From: Candidatus Kuenenia stuttgartensis | Lineage (GTDB): Bacteria > Planctomycetota > Planctomycetia > Pirellulales > UBA1268 | Length of the DNA: 64,000 nt | Assembly (NCBI GenBank): GCA_945897435.1 | Contig: CAMDFJ010000003.1 | Coordinates: forward strand, 6,056 to 70,055 | Direction of reading: 5' to 3' | Shown here: one piece after another, positions 1-9,701 of the stretch | How the letters are laid out: each line of letters begins with the position of its first letter | How positions within the stretch are numbered: position 1 is the first letter of the stretch | Position numbers and translations under genes: made by a program | The notes under the pieces: model-generated | Databases searched by the model: none | Seen by the model: only the letters and a program-made list of their open reading frames with translations | What the model was told of the DNA's origin: nothing

Positions 1-375
1 CACGAGGGTGTTTCTCTCGATCGTCTCCTTGGCGGCCGGATCGACCCGGATGTCGAGCATCTCGGTCTCCCGCTCGCCCTGTGGATAGGGCTGTCTGATG
101 TGGGGGCCGATCTGGCGGAGGTAGTCGGCGATGCCGGCCGACGAGGCGTCGAAGAAGACCACCGCCCCATAGCGAAAGAGCACCGCAACACCTCCGGCCG
201 CAGTGCCGTCGGGCAGCCGGGCCCCGGTGAGCGTGCCGATCAGTTCGACGACCAACGGTGCGCCCCCCGTACGGTCGGTCGCGCCGAGCGCCGAAAGATC
301 GATGCCGCTGCCGGCGAGCACGGCCTGTGCCCTGAACGCCCGCGGAGTCTCGATCTGGTCCGCTTCAGCTGTCAT
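1..375 (-). CDS. RMD1/DUF155-family protein, N-terminal part (gene runs off the window start)
   Basis: Own translation of the minus strand from ATG (complement of 373-375) stays open to position 1: MTAEADQIETPRAFRAQAVLAGSGIDLSAL...GVAVLFRYGAVVFFDASS.... The LFRYGAVVFF block is typical of DUF155. It is absent from the ORF track because there is no stop in the window. Confidence 0.5.
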   Translation of the reverse strand, partial: MTAEADQIETPRAFRAQAVLAGSGIDLSALGATDRTGGAPLVVELIGTLTGARLPDGTAAGGVAVLFRYGAVVFFDASSAGIADYLRQIGPHIRQPYPQGERETEMLDIRVDPAAKETIERNTLV

Positions 376-563
376 TCGACTGTTGCCATCGCCTTCTTCC
401 ACGGGCCAGCCTTCCAAGTGTCCAAGATCGGGGGATGCATCCCTGCCGCGACGAAGACGGCCCAGCCGCACCGGCGGCAGTCAGACAAGCTTATCCTTCA
501 CTCGACGTCGCGTGCAGCTTGGCGATCCTGCTGCCATCCACTGATCCATCGGAGTCACCCGCC

Positions 564-1025
564 ATGGCATCGATCGACCGCTCCGACCCGGTCATTCTGG
601 GCCACGTTCTGGCCGAGCACCGGGAATTGTTCCAGCAGATCATGGCAGCCCGCACGGCGTTTCAGAATGGCACCGTGCCCAGTCGCAGCCGTGTCGACGC
701 GACCATCGCCACCCTGCGGAGTCTTCGCGAGCATCTGCACCACCACTTCCAGCTGGAAGAGGAGGGCGGCTTTCTCGAGGAATCGATCGCCCGGATGCCG
801 CGGCTGTCGACGGCCGCCACGGCCATCCTCGATCAGCATCCGGCGCTGCTTCGAGAACTCGATCAGTTGATCGGCAGGCTCTCTGCGGCAGAGATCTCCG
901 CCGTCGAATGGAAACTGGCCACGGCCGACTTCGACCGCTTCTCGGCCAACATGCAGGCCCACGAACGCAGCGAGAACGCCGTCGTCCAGGAGGGCTACAA
1001 CGAGGATCTGGGCCTGCTCGACTGA
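564..1025 (+). CDS. hemerythrin-like (HHE cation-binding) domain protein
   Basis: Internal ATG at 564 of ORF 435..1025. H/E-rich helical motifs: HVLAEHRELF, LREHLHHHFQLEEEGGFLEE, MQAHERSENAVV. Confidence 0.5.
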   Translation: MASIDRSDPVILGHVLAEHRELFQQIMAARTAFQNGTVPSRSRVDATIATLRSLREHLHHHFQLEEEGGFLEESIARMPRLSTAATAILDQHPALLRELDQLIGRLSAAEISAVEWKLATADFDRFSANMQAHERSENAVVQEGYNEDLGLLD

Positions 1026-1073
1026 GCAGCCGCGGAGGCGGGTGCCCCCACGAGAGGAGCAGCCGGCCTGTTC

Positions 1074-1826
1074 CTAGCCGAGTTTCGTCGGATCGATCGG
1101 ACGCGGCGTGAACTTGGCATCGAGCGTCGTCACCTTGCCGATTCTGTCGATGTTGATCAGGTCGGGGGTGAGGGCATCGCCAGCCTCGGCAGGGAAGGCG
1201 ACGAGTTTCACGGCGGGCGGATCGATCACGAAGCAATGCGGCAGCAGCCGGCGGACCACCGTGCTCCCCTGGTCGGTCTTCTCCTCGATCTCGATCTCGT
1301 TGCGATCGGTGATCGCCCCGCTGAGCGTCGAGATCAGCCGTGGCCGAGAGGCGTAGATCGAGTCTCCGGGGGAGCGGACCCGAAAGATCTGCTTTGCTTT
1401 CTCGAGCCGGGAGAGCAACGCCGGAGAAACGTCTCGCTCGAGTTTGTGCCGCAGCGATTCGATGCCGGTCCAGAGCACCGTGCCCTCGAATGTCTTGAGC
1501 AGATCGCGACCGACCTCGAACGCCACCAGTTCGAGGAGCGTGAGCGTCTCCAAGGGAAGTTTGCGGCTGCTCACACGATCCTTGGAGAGCACCCAGCCTT
1601 GTCGCCGGCCGTCGGGCTGAGGCACCTGATCGATCGGATACCCGCAGGCCACCAGAAACTCACAGTCGCGATGGAGTGTTCTGACAGACAGCCGGGTGAG
1701 CCCCAGTCGCTCGCGAAGCGTGGCGATCAGCGCCTGGTCATCGATGGGCTGGCGGGCATCGGAAAGAATTTCGAGGAGGGCGAAGATCCGCAGGAACTGT
1801 TCGTGTCGGGCAAAGTTGCGCGGCAT
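1074..1826 (-). CDS. HTH + WYL-domain transcriptional regulator (YafY-like)
   Basis: 250 aa. N-terminal wHTH pattern (FLRIFALLEIL...LGLTRLSVRTLHRDCEFLVACGYPI). C-terminal WYL-type beta domain (IEIEEKTDQGSTVVRRLLPHCFVID...LINIDRIGKVTTLDAKF). Confidence 0.6.
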   Translation of the reverse strand: MPRNFARHEQFLRIFALLEILSDARQPIDDQALIATLRERLGLTRLSVRTLHRDCEFLVACGYPIDQVPQPDGRRQGWVLSKDRVSSRKLPLETLTLLELVAFEVGRDLLKTFEGTVLWTGIESLRHKLERDVSPALLSRLEKAKQIFRVRSPGDSIYASRPRLISTLSGAITDRNEIEIEEKTDQGSTVVRRLLPHCFVIDPPAVKLVAFPAEAGDALTPDLINIDRIGKVTTLDAKFTPRPIDPTKLG

Positions 1827-2068
1827 GATGCCTGGTATTCAAAGTGCTGACCCGGGCGACAGCGAAGCAATTGTTCCCCAGCCGTCGATCTCCACGATCG
1901 AAAGGCGAGTGACAATTCGGGCCATCGAACGACGCTGTCATTACGAGTTTCATAGTCGCGACACAATCGGCACCGTTGGTCAAGAATAGCTTCCCTCCCT
2001 CACTCATACTACGGTTCGCCGTGGATTAGCCCCCCAAGCCAGCTATCGCCTCCAGTCGCGATGGCCGC

Positions 2069-2521
2069 TCAGGCGGCCCGCCGCACAGCACCCCGACGCA
2101 GGCGGCTATCCAGGGCCACGGTCCATTCCTCGGCGGCATCGACCAACCGTGCCAGCATCGCCATCAACTGCTGCGAAGTCAGGCTGCCATCCTCGATCGG
2201 AATGTCGGCCACGAGGCAGAGGTTGTCGGAGGCGGCAGCAAACTCGACGGCCACAAACGGCACGTCAGCCGCGAGCCGACAGAGCTCGATGCAGAGGGAG
2301 GCGGCGTCCGTGGCCACGGGAAAAACCCGTTGAATCGAGGCCCGGCAGCGGCGGCCACCGTCGCGGGATTCGATCGCAATCACGATCAGCTTCTCGCCGC
2401 GCAGATTGCGATAACGACGACTGACGAAGGCGACGCGAATCACCTCCTGCTCGGCGTCGACATGATGGCGAATGCCGCCGTCGGCCAGCAATGCGGAACA
2501 CTCGGAGATACTTGTGGGCAT
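2069..2521 (-). CDS. hypothetical protein (possible YbjN/chaperone-like fold)
   Basis: ORF 2069..2599. The internal Met (MPTSISECS) at 2521 is preferred. Function is guessed from size and pattern only. Confidence 0.35.
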   Translation of the reverse strand: MPTSISECSALLADGGIRHHVDAEQEVIRVAFVSRRYRNLRGEKLIVIAIESRDGGRRCRASIQRVFPVATDAASLCIELCRLAADVPFVAVEFAAASDNLCLVADIPIEDGSLTSQQLMAMLARLVDAAEEWTVALDSRLRRGAVRRAA

Positions 2522-2761
2522 GCGGGGACTCCATGAATGACCCCAACCATCTCGCGATTGGCCTCGTGCCAGTCGCAAACGGAAGGGAAGTGCCCCCACT
2601 CAAGGGTAATACGCTTTTCGAGGATCCGACCTTGCGCTTCAAAAAAAAAAAACGGCTCCTGAAGGCCGGCCAACCGTGCCTCTGCGACTGCCATGCTGAC
2701 CGCACGTGGGTCATCGGCGGCTTCGAGTGAAGCCGCGAAGGCATCCGGGCGGAGCCCATTC

Positions 2762-3484
2762 ATGGCAACAGCGACGGAGTCGCTTCTGGTCGAGGCAAGG
2801 GCATACGCACGGCATGCTGCCGCGACGGTGACCCTTGCTTCGTTGCTCGTCGAATGGCAATCCACGGGCAACCCGCATTGGCTCGAACTGCTCGTCGCCC
2901 GGACCTTCACACTGATCGAAAGCGTTGCCCGCACGACGCTGCGTCGCCACGGCATTCGCGACACCTCGGCGATCGACGACACAGTGTCGATCGTGCTCGA
3001 TCACATCAGGCGGCTTCCTGGAACCTCTCCGAGTGAACGCAGCGTATCCCCCTTCTCGGTCCATCCCCCGGCTGAATGCCGCTGTGAACTGGCCGACACC
3101 GGCAGGGCATACCTCGTGCGACTCACTCTCGACAGGGCCACCGACGTCGGCCGCTCACGACGTCGTCGCGAGCGGCACCTCGTCTCTTCCTCTCACCTCG
3201 AAGGTCTGCTCACGGGCGAGATGACCTGTGAGAAGACTGACCGCAGCGGCGAGGAGGAGGCCTGCACCGCCATGCACCTCGCGATCGGCTCGCTCGAGCC
3301 GAACCAGCGCGAGATCATCGACATGCTTCTCGAAGGCAAGACGCAGGCGGCGATCGCGATCGAACTCGGGGTCTGCGAGGGGACGGTATCGCGGCTGCGG
3401 ACCCGGGCGATCGTGGCACTGCGGCATGCCTGCGGACTGGAGCGCCGGATCGCTCAGCCGAAGACGACGGTCCTGCGGCCGTGA
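2762..3484 (+). CDS. sigma-70 family (ECF-like) RNA polymerase sigma factor
   Basis: C-terminal region-4 HTH: LEPNQREIIDMLLEGKTQAAIAIELGVCEGTVSRLRTRAIVALRH. ATG at 2762 within ORF 2693..3484. The start is uncertain. Confidence 0.55.
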   Translation: MATATESLLVEARAYARHAAATVTLASLLVEWQSTGNPHWLELLVARTFTLIESVARTTLRRHGIRDTSAIDDTVSIVLDHIRRLPGTSPSERSVSPFSVHPPAECRCELADTGRAYLVRLTLDRATDVGRSRRRRERHLVSSSHLEGLLTGEMTCEKTDRSGEEEACTAMHLAIGSLEPNQREIIDMLLEGKTQAAIAIELGVCEGTVSRLRTRAIVALRHACGLERRIAQPKTTVLRP

Positions 3485-4314
3485 AGGAAGACCCGCTCCT
3501 CGAGCACCAGCCGCACGGCCCTGGCGAGGACGAGCTTCTCGACATCGCGGCCCGCCTGGGCCATCCGCTCGGGCGTGTCGCTGTGGTCGACGGCGATCAC
3601 GTCCTGGGCGATGATCGGGCCGTCGTCGAGTTCCGCCGTGACATAGTGGGCCGTCGCGCCGATCAGCTTGACGCCGCGGCTGTAGGCCTGTCGGTAGGGG
3701 CTCGCCCCGGCGAAGGCGGGCAGGAACGAGTGGTGGATGTTCAGGATCCGGTGGGGATGGCGGTCGATGAATCGCTCCGAGAGAACCCGCATGTATCTTG
3801 CGAGCACGATGTACTCGGGCTGATAGCCCTCGATGACCCGGCCCACCGCCTCCTCGTGGGCCTCCCGCGAGAGGCCCTCGTGCGACACGTGGTGGAAGGG
3901 CACGCCGAACCGCTCCACCAGCCCGCGAAGAATGTCGTGGTTGCCGATCACGGCCACGATCCTGCCGGGCAGTGCGCCGCAGGCGTCGAGCAGAAGAAGT
4001 TCGCCGAGGCAGTGCGGCTCGCGGGTGGCACAGACCAGGATCGGACGCCGCTCGACGCGGGTCACCCGCACGCAGGCCGTCGCGGGCAGCACGGCCGCGA
4101 GGTCGCGTTCGAGATCGGGGGCCGCCACGGGTGGCCCCTCCGGCACGACCTCGGCCCGGAAGAAGAAATGGCCCGCATCGACATCGACGAACTCGTGATT
4201 GCTCTCGATGTTCAGTCGCCGGGTCTGCAGCACGCCGGTGATCCTGTGGATCAGGCCGACATCGTCGGGGCAGTCGACGAGGACGATCTCGCGGGGCTGC
4301 CGATCGGCCGTCAT
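3454..4314 (-). CDS. purU: formyltetrahydrofolate deformylase
   Basis: 286 aa. N-terminal ACT-like domain plus formyltransferase core: ILNIHHSFLPAFAGASPYRQAYSRGVKLIGATAHYVTAELDDGPIIAQDV. Confidence 0.9.
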   Translation of the reverse strand: MTADRQPREIVLVDCPDDVGLIHRITGVLQTRRLNIESNHEFVDVDAGHFFFRAEVVPEGPPVAAPDLERDLAAVLPATACVRVTRVERRPILVCATREPHCLGELLLLDACGALPGRIVAVIGNHDILRGLVERFGVPFHHVSHEGLSREAHEEAVGRVIEGYQPEYIVLARYMRVLSERFIDRHPHRILNIHHSFLPAFAGASPYRQAYSRGVKLIGATAHYVTAELDDGPIIAQDVIAVDHSDTPERMAQAGRDVEKLVLARAVRLVLEERVFLHGRRTVVFG

Positions 4315-6797
4315 GCCGGCACCCAGGCGAGCACAACCTCATCGATGGCGATGTCGGTCTTCCGGGCCGGGATCTCGATTTTCTCGAGGACGATCCGCTC
4401 GGGTGCCGCGGCCAGCCGGATCCGCTCCAATTCGTCGGCCACCTCCCCCTCCAGCGTCCGCAGCTTCTCCTCCAGCGTCGACAGGCTTTCCTCGGCGTGG
4501 GCCACGTCGGCCTGATGGCGGGTGGCCCGGCTGGCCGATCGCATCGATGTGGCCGCCCGGCCGATGGTCGTGGAACTGGCCATCTTCCTGCCGAGCAGCG
4601 CCCCGAGAACTGCCGAGCCGATCGAGACGTAGGTCTGCATCGACTTGTTCTGGGCCTCGGCCTTCTCCCGCTCCAGCTTCTGACGTGCCCGCTCGATCCG
4701 GTCCGTGGCCGTCGCGATCTTCGTGGCGTAGCGATCCCGAACCCGGGCGATCTGCTCGTCACGCCACTCCTTGGCCCGCTGGGCGATCCGCACCCGGAAG
4801 TCGCCCTCGCTCTCGCCCGGCTGCGAGACGGCATCGATCTCAGCAGCCGAGAAGACGACCAGCTTCGAGTTTCGGGCGAGATGTCCCTTGAGCGACGCTG
4901 CCAGCGTCGTGTAGCCCTTCGGCCCGGTCAGGGCCGGAGGCAGCGTGGCGAACGTTCCCGTTCGCGGCGCCGACTCCACTTCAGGCGGATCTGCCAATGT
5001 CTCTCCCGAATCCCAGGCAGATTCGCCGAGCGACTCCGTGGCGTCGGCAAGGCAGATCACCTCCCGATCAACGTCGATGCCGACGGACGCCTTGGCATAG
5101 CGGACGCGGGCCCGGCCGAGGATCGCCGGCTCGTAGACGAGGGCCGCATCGGGGGATGCCGCCCGCCGCGGTGCCAGAAACACCTCCCTGACCCCCGGCG
5201 GCAGGATCGGCCTCGGGCCGCCGCGGGCCGTCATCGCCTCGACCACGGGACGGACGACCGGCGCAGCCATGCCCGGCGGCAGTTCGGCCGGCAGCGCGGA
5301 ACCGTGCGTGAGCCGGCGGATCTCCTCCCGCAGCAGCGGACCGCGAAGGTAGGACATCGTCCAGCGGGTCTGAAACACCGTCTCCTCGTCCTCGTGCACG
5401 CTGTGGAGCAGGAACATCCGCTGCTCGAGTCCGGAGAGGAGACGGTCGAGCCGCCCGCGGTCGAACGAGCGGCCCGCCGAGGAGGCGGCCCCCTCGAGGC
5501 CGTCGAGCACGCGGGCCTTGTCCCGGGCGGTCTGCAGCCGGCCGAGGAACCAGGTACCGGCGTTGGAGAGACCCTTGTAGTCGAGGTCGACGGGGTTCTG
5601 GGTGGCGAGCACCACCCCGAGGCCGAAGGCCCGGGCCTGCTTGAGGAGCGTCAGGATCGGCCCCTTGCTGGGCGGATTGGCGGTCGGCGGCATGTAGCCG
5701 AAGACCTCGTCCATCAGAAACAGCGCCCTGAGCGACGAGGTGCCCCCCTGCCCCCGCATCCAGGAGACCGCCTGCCCGGCGAGCAGCGTGACGAAGGCCA
5801 TCCGCTGGGAGTCGTTGAGGTGGGCGATCGAGACGACGCTCACCCGTGGCTTCCCTTCGGCGGTCCAGAGCAGGCGACCGACGTCGAGCGGTTCGCCATG
5901 CAGCCAGGCATCGAAGCCGGGGGCCGCGGCGACGGTGTTGAGCCGGCTGGCGAGTTGGAACCGGTCGCCAGCGGGAAAGAAATTTTCCAGATCGAGAAAC
6001 CCGACCCGCTCGATCGGTGGCGCGGGGATCGCCCGGACGAGGCCGCCGAAGTCGAGCTTCTGGCCGCTCCTCCAGATGGCGTCGACGATGCTCGACACGA
6101 GCACGTGCTCCCGGCTCCGGCCCGGCTCGGCGTCGATCCCGGCGAGCGCCAGGATTCCCGAGACGAGCGACTCGATCCGCTCACGGCGGGCCTCCGGGTC
6201 GTCGAGCACGTTGGCCGGCGGCGGATCGAGGCTTTCGAGCATCGCCAGTGGCCGGCCGGCGCTGCTGCCCGGCGTGTAGACGGCCATGTCAACGCTCGCG
6301 CGAAGGCGGGCGATCCGTTCGGCCGACTGACCACTCGCCGCCAGACCCTCTCTCCACTTTCGGGCGGTCCGCTCGGCGAGTTCCTCGAGCGAGAGCCCCT
6401 CGCGGCGGGCCGCATCCTCTTCCAGCCAGGGCAGGAAGTCTCCGGCCGCGAGGCCCGGGAACGAGAGCAGCACGTTGGCGAGATCCCCCTTGGGATCGAT
6501 GACCAGCGTGGGAATGCCGTCGATCGCGGCCTCCTCGATGATGTCGATCAGCAGGCCTGTCTTGCCGCTGCCCGTCATTCCGACGCAGACGGCGTGTGTC
6601 GTGAACCGCCGCGCGTCGACGAGCACGGGCTCTCTCCCCGCCTTGCCCGTGTCGGGATCGACCTTGCGGCCGAGATAGAAGACACCGAGCCCCTCGATGT
6701 CGGCCTCGAGATCGTCACCCGCGGCCGACGCCTCGCCCTGCCGTGTCCGTTTCGCAGCCATGATGCCTCCGGGGTCGCTGAACCTGGCCTGGATCAA
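4311..6797 (-). CDS. large HerA/DUF87-like P-loop ATPase with C-terminal coiled-coil/hydrophobic tail
   Basis: 828 aa. Walker A: VGMTGSGKTGLLIDIIEEA. Walker B-like: LRALFLMDEVFGY. VVLATQNPVDLDYKGLSNAGTWFLGRLQT is typical of HerA-like NTPases. The stop overlaps the purU start (ATGA at 4311-4314). Confidence 0.75.
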   Translation of the reverse strand: MIQARFSDPGGIMAAKRTRQGEASAAGDDLEADIEGLGVFYLGRKVDPDTGKAGREPVLVDARRFTTHAVCVGMTGSGKTGLLIDIIEEAAIDGIPTLVIDPKGDLANVLLSFPGLAAGDFLPWLEEDAARREGLSLEELAERTARKWREGLAASGQSAERIARLRASVDMAVYTPGSSAGRPLAMLESLDPPPANVLDDPEARRERIESLVSGILALAGIDAEPGRSREHVLVSSIVDAIWRSGQKLDFGGLVRAIPAPPIERVGFLDLENFFPAGDRFQLASRLNTVAAAPGFDAWLHGEPLDVGRLLWTAEGKPRVSVVSIAHLNDSQRMAFVTLLAGQAVSWMRGQGGTSSLRALFLMDEVFGYMPPTANPPSKGPILTLLKQARAFGLGVVLATQNPVDLDYKGLSNAGTWFLGRLQTARDKARVLDGLEGAASSAGRSFDRGRLDRLLSGLEQRMFLLHSVHEDEETVFQTRWTMSYLRGPLLREEIRRLTHGSALPAELPPGMAAPVVRPVVEAMTARGGPRPILPPGVREVFLAPRRAASPDAALVYEPAILGRARVRYAKASVGIDVDREVICLADATESLGESAWDSGETLADPPEVESAPRTGTFATLPPALTGPKGYTTLAASLKGHLARNSKLVVFSAAEIDAVSQPGESEGDFRVRIAQRAKEWRDEQIARVRDRYATKIATATDRIERARQKLEREKAEAQNKSMQTYVSIGSAVLGALLGRKMASSTTIGRAATSMRSASRATRHQADVAHAEESLSTLEEKLRTLEGEVADELERIRLAAAPERIVLEKIEIPARKTDIAIDEVVLAWVPA

Positions 6798-6807
6798 ACA
6801 GGATCAT

Positions 6808-8301
6808 TCAACTTCCGGACGACGATTCCTGCAAACTCGGGGGTGGGTTTCCGGACTCCTCGACCGGCACGCCGAGCAGCTGGCCGGCCGCCCGCTCCAG
6901 GGAACGGACCAGCGGCGCGGGATAGAGCCCGAGCACGAACAGCGGAACGAGAAGCCCTGTCATCGCCACCCGCTCCCGCCGCAGGATCAGGTGCTTCGGA
7001 CCATCGATCGCCGTTGGCCCGCCGAAGACCATGAACCAGCCCCGCAGCACGGCGATCGCGCAGAGCACCGTCGAGGCGATCGTCATCAGGCCGGCGTGGA
7101 GCTGGTCATCGAGGCTTCCCGACACGATCAGGTCGTCGGCCACGAACGAGAGCGTTCCGGGCAGGCCGATCGCCGCCAGTCCGAAAAGGAGGAAAAAGGC
7201 GGCCAGCTCCGGCGCGTCACGGAAGCGGCCCTGGGGCGTCGCCAGCGAGAGGGGCCCGGCCCGGCTTTCGATCGCCCATGCAACCAGACCAATCCCGGTG
7301 AGCGCCAGTCCGCTTGAGATCCAGACACAGAACGCGCCGTTGAGTTCCATTGGCACCTTGCCGGCGAGTCCGGCGAGGACCATCGCCGACTGGCTCATCG
7401 CGAGCGTGCCGATGAGCCCGCGGAGATCCCGCTGCACGAGGGCCAGTGCCCCACCGTAGACGGCCGTGACGAGGGCCAGCTGGGAGAGCGTGACGAGTTC
7501 CAGCGCGACGCCATCGCCATGGTCGGCATGGCCGATCAGCAGCCGCACGGCGGTGTAGGCGGCGATCTGGGGCATCGTGGCGGCGAGAGCCGTCGACATC
7601 GGGGCGCCGGAGAACAGGGCCGGATACCAGGAGTGAAACGGGAATATCCCCTTGCGAACGAGCACGGCCAACGCGACCAGCCAGCCGCCGGCGTTGCCGA
7701 CGATACCCGCGTGCCGCTCCCACGGCGGGTCGACGAGCATCATCACCGTGCCCGATGTCAGACAGCCGAGGGAAACCAGCATCGCCGTGGCGAAAACCCG
7801 CGCTGCCGGGCGGCTTCCCGGTGTGCCCCGGATTGAAATCCATGTCGGCAGCGCCGTCACCACCCAGATCGCAACGAGCACGAGCGGATGGGACGTGGCA
7901 AAGGCCGCAAATGTGGCGCTGGCGGCACACAGAATCCGGGCTGTCGCAGGAACATCGAGAAAACGCTTCGGGGCGACCAGCAGGATGGCGAGTTCTATGA
8001 CCGCCACGGTGGGCATCAGCACCGCCGTGATGCCGTCGATCTGGATCAATGATCCGCCGCCGAGCCGCTCGCCAGAGGAAAAAGATTCCCCGTTGCCGGA
8101 GTTCCAGAGCAGGACGATTCCAGACGCAGCAAGGCAGGAGATCAAAAGCGCCGCGGCCGCGGGTGTTCTGGGACTCGTTGGAAAACCGCCCAGTTTCAGC
8201 ACGGCAACGGCGATCAGCGGTGCCACCACGGCCGCGGCGGTGAGCAGGAGCATCGCCCCATGAAGTGCGTCGGGAATTGCAGCAGCCGGATCGGCGGTCA
8301 T
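6808..8301 (-). CDS. proton-conducting antiporter-like membrane subunit (NuoN/NuoM/MrpD family)
   Basis: Polytopic membrane protein with KGIFPFHSWYPALFSGAPMSTALAATMPQIAAYTAVRLL, a PF00361-type motif. The ATG at 8301 overlaps the upstream stop (ATGA). The upstream part of ORF 6808..8505 overlaps dabB and is discounted. Confidence 0.7.
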   Translation of the reverse strand: MTADPAAAIPDALHGAMLLLTAAAVVAPLIAVAVLKLGGFPTSPRTPAAAALLISCLAASGIVLLWNSGNGESFSSGERLGGGSLIQIDGITAVLMPTVAVIELAILLVAPKRFLDVPATARILCAASATFAAFATSHPLVLVAIWVVTALPTWISIRGTPGSRPAARVFATAMLVSLGCLTSGTVMMLVDPPWERHAGIVGNAGGWLVALAVLVRKGIFPFHSWYPALFSGAPMSTALAATMPQIAAYTAVRLLIGHADHGDGVALELVTLSQLALVTAVYGGALALVQRDLRGLIGTLAMSQSAMVLAGLAGKVPMELNGAFCVWISSGLALTGIGLVAWAIESRAGPLSLATPQGRFRDAPELAAFFLLFGLAAIGLPGTLSFVADDLIVSGSLDDQLHAGLMTIASTVLCAIAVLRGWFMVFGGPTAIDGPKHLILRRERVAMTGLLVPLFVLGLYPAPLVRSLERAAGQLLGVPVEESGNPPPSLQESSSGS

Positions 8302-9701
8302 GGCCCACCTCTGCGATGTCGCCAGCTCCAGCTTTTGCCGAGCCACTCGACCCATGAACGCTCTGCTGCGTCGAGCCGCTCGAGCCCTCGCCAGACCGGG
8401 TCGACGACCCCACGCATGACAGCCATCTCCTCGAATCCACGTTCCAGGGCCACCCGATAGAGCAGCCGCTGAAACTTTTCCGGCAACATGTCCTTGAACG
8501 ACCACCCGCCCGACCCGGGATGCCCGCCGAGGGCTGCCTCCAATTCATGGCGATCATGAAGCGCGGACGGCGAGCGAAGGATCTGCAGGCTGCGCAGGAT
8601 CGCATGACTGACGATATGGATCAGGGCGAGCGTCCGCAGTCCGAGTCCGATCTCGGCGAAGATCAATCCTGCCTGTGTCATCGAAGCATAGGCCAGCATG
8701 GCCTTCAGATCCGATTGCACGCTGCCAACCAGGACCGCATGGATGGCGGTGCCAACACCGATCATGACAAGCAGCAGGCGGGCCAACGGCGCGGCATCGA
8801 GAAGCGGTTCGCACCGCAAAAGCACGTAGGCGCCAGCGTGGATCGAAAGGGCTCCATAGAAGATGGCGCTCGAGGGCGTGGGGCCCTCCATGGCACGGGG
8901 CAGCCAGCCTGAGAATGGCACCTGCCCGCTCTTGCCCATGGCCGCAAACACCAGCAGCAGCGAGACGAGCGTCGCCGTGGTCGGCGGCACGAGGCACTGG
9001 GCGTGGGGCCAGGTTCCGGAAAACAGCCGCTCGAAGTCGCCTGATCCGACGGCCTGATGGACGATGACGCCGGCCGCGAGCAGGCCGACGTCGCAGATGC
9101 GGTAGGTCGTGAAGGCCCGCAGGGCTGCTTTGACGGCATTCTGCCGCTCGTGGAAGAAGCCGATCAGCAGGGCCGACGAGATCCCGAGAAACTCCCAGCC
9201 TGCGAAGAGCACGTCGATGCTGCCGGCCAGCACCATGAGGTTCATGCCGGTTCCAAAAACCGCCAGCAGCACGAAGAACCGGGTGAACCCCGGCTCACGG
9301 TGGAGATACTTGCCGGCGAATGCGTTGACGACGGCGCACAGCCCCGAGGAAAAGCAGACATAGGGCACCGACAGGCCGTCGGCCACGAGTTCGATCGTGG
9401 CCGCATGGTGTCCCACCGCGAACCAGGTTCCCAGATGCACGACCTCCGGGACGAAGTTCCGAAACCAGAGCACAACGAGCGTTGCCAGACCAGCGGCGAA
9501 GCCCGTGGCAAACCCGGCACCGACGCACCAGGTCGTCCGCCTTTCGCCGAGTGGAAACCCGAAGAGTGCCGGCAGGCCGACGGCCGCAAGCGTCGCGGCC
9601 GGTGCGAGCAGCTGGGCAACGACGAGCATCAGCACCAGGTCCTGGGTCAGTCCTGCGGGCAGGCCCCGGGTCTGGTTCACGGAGCAGATGAGCGGGATCA
9701 T
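8298..9701 (-). CDS. dabB: DabB-like NuoL/MrpA-family membrane subunit
   Basis: 467 aa. GWEFLGISSALLIGFF and GKSGQVPFSGWLPRAMEGPTPSSAIFYGALSIHAG (NuoL-type motifs). The start overlaps the dabA stop (ATGA at 9698-9701). Confidence 0.75.
   Translation of the reverse strand: MIPLICSVNQTRGLPAGLTQDLVLMLVVAQLLAPAATLAAVGLPALFGFPLGERRTTWCVGAGFATGFAAGLATLVVLWFRNFVPEVVHLGTWFAVGHHAATIELVADGLSVPYVCFSSGLCAVVNAFAGKYLHREPGFTRFFVLLAVFGTGMNLMVLAGSIDVLFAGWEFLGISSALLIGFFHERQNAVKAALRAFTTYRICDVGLLAAGVIVHQAVGSGDFERLFSGTWPHAQCLVPPTTATLVSLLLVFAAMGKSGQVPFSGWLPRAMEGPTPSSAIFYGALSIHAGAYVLLRCEPLLDAAPLARLLLVMIGVGTAIHAVLVGSVQSDLKAMLAYASMTQAGLIFAEIGLGLRTLALIHIVSHAILRSLQILRSPSALHDRHELEAALGGHPGSGGWSFKDMLPEKFQRLLYRVALERGFEEMAVMRGVVDPVWRGLERLDAAERSWVEWLGKSWSWRHRRGGP

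Noticed and set aside
3155-4834. 559-aa ORF on the minus strand, extremely Arg/Pro/Gly/Ser-rich
   Set aside because: It is an alternative-frame shadow overlapping purU and the HerA-like gene, with no domain-like sequence. It is a typical high-GC spurious ORF.
4497-7034. 845-aa ORF on the + strand
   Set aside because: It is antisense to the well-supported HerA-like ATPase gene. Its composition (R/G/P/E-rich) is shadow-like.
7217-8605. 462-aa minus-strand ORF
   Set aside because: It is an alternative frame of the NuoN/MrpD-like and dabB genes. It is Arg-rich, not membrane-like, and has no support.
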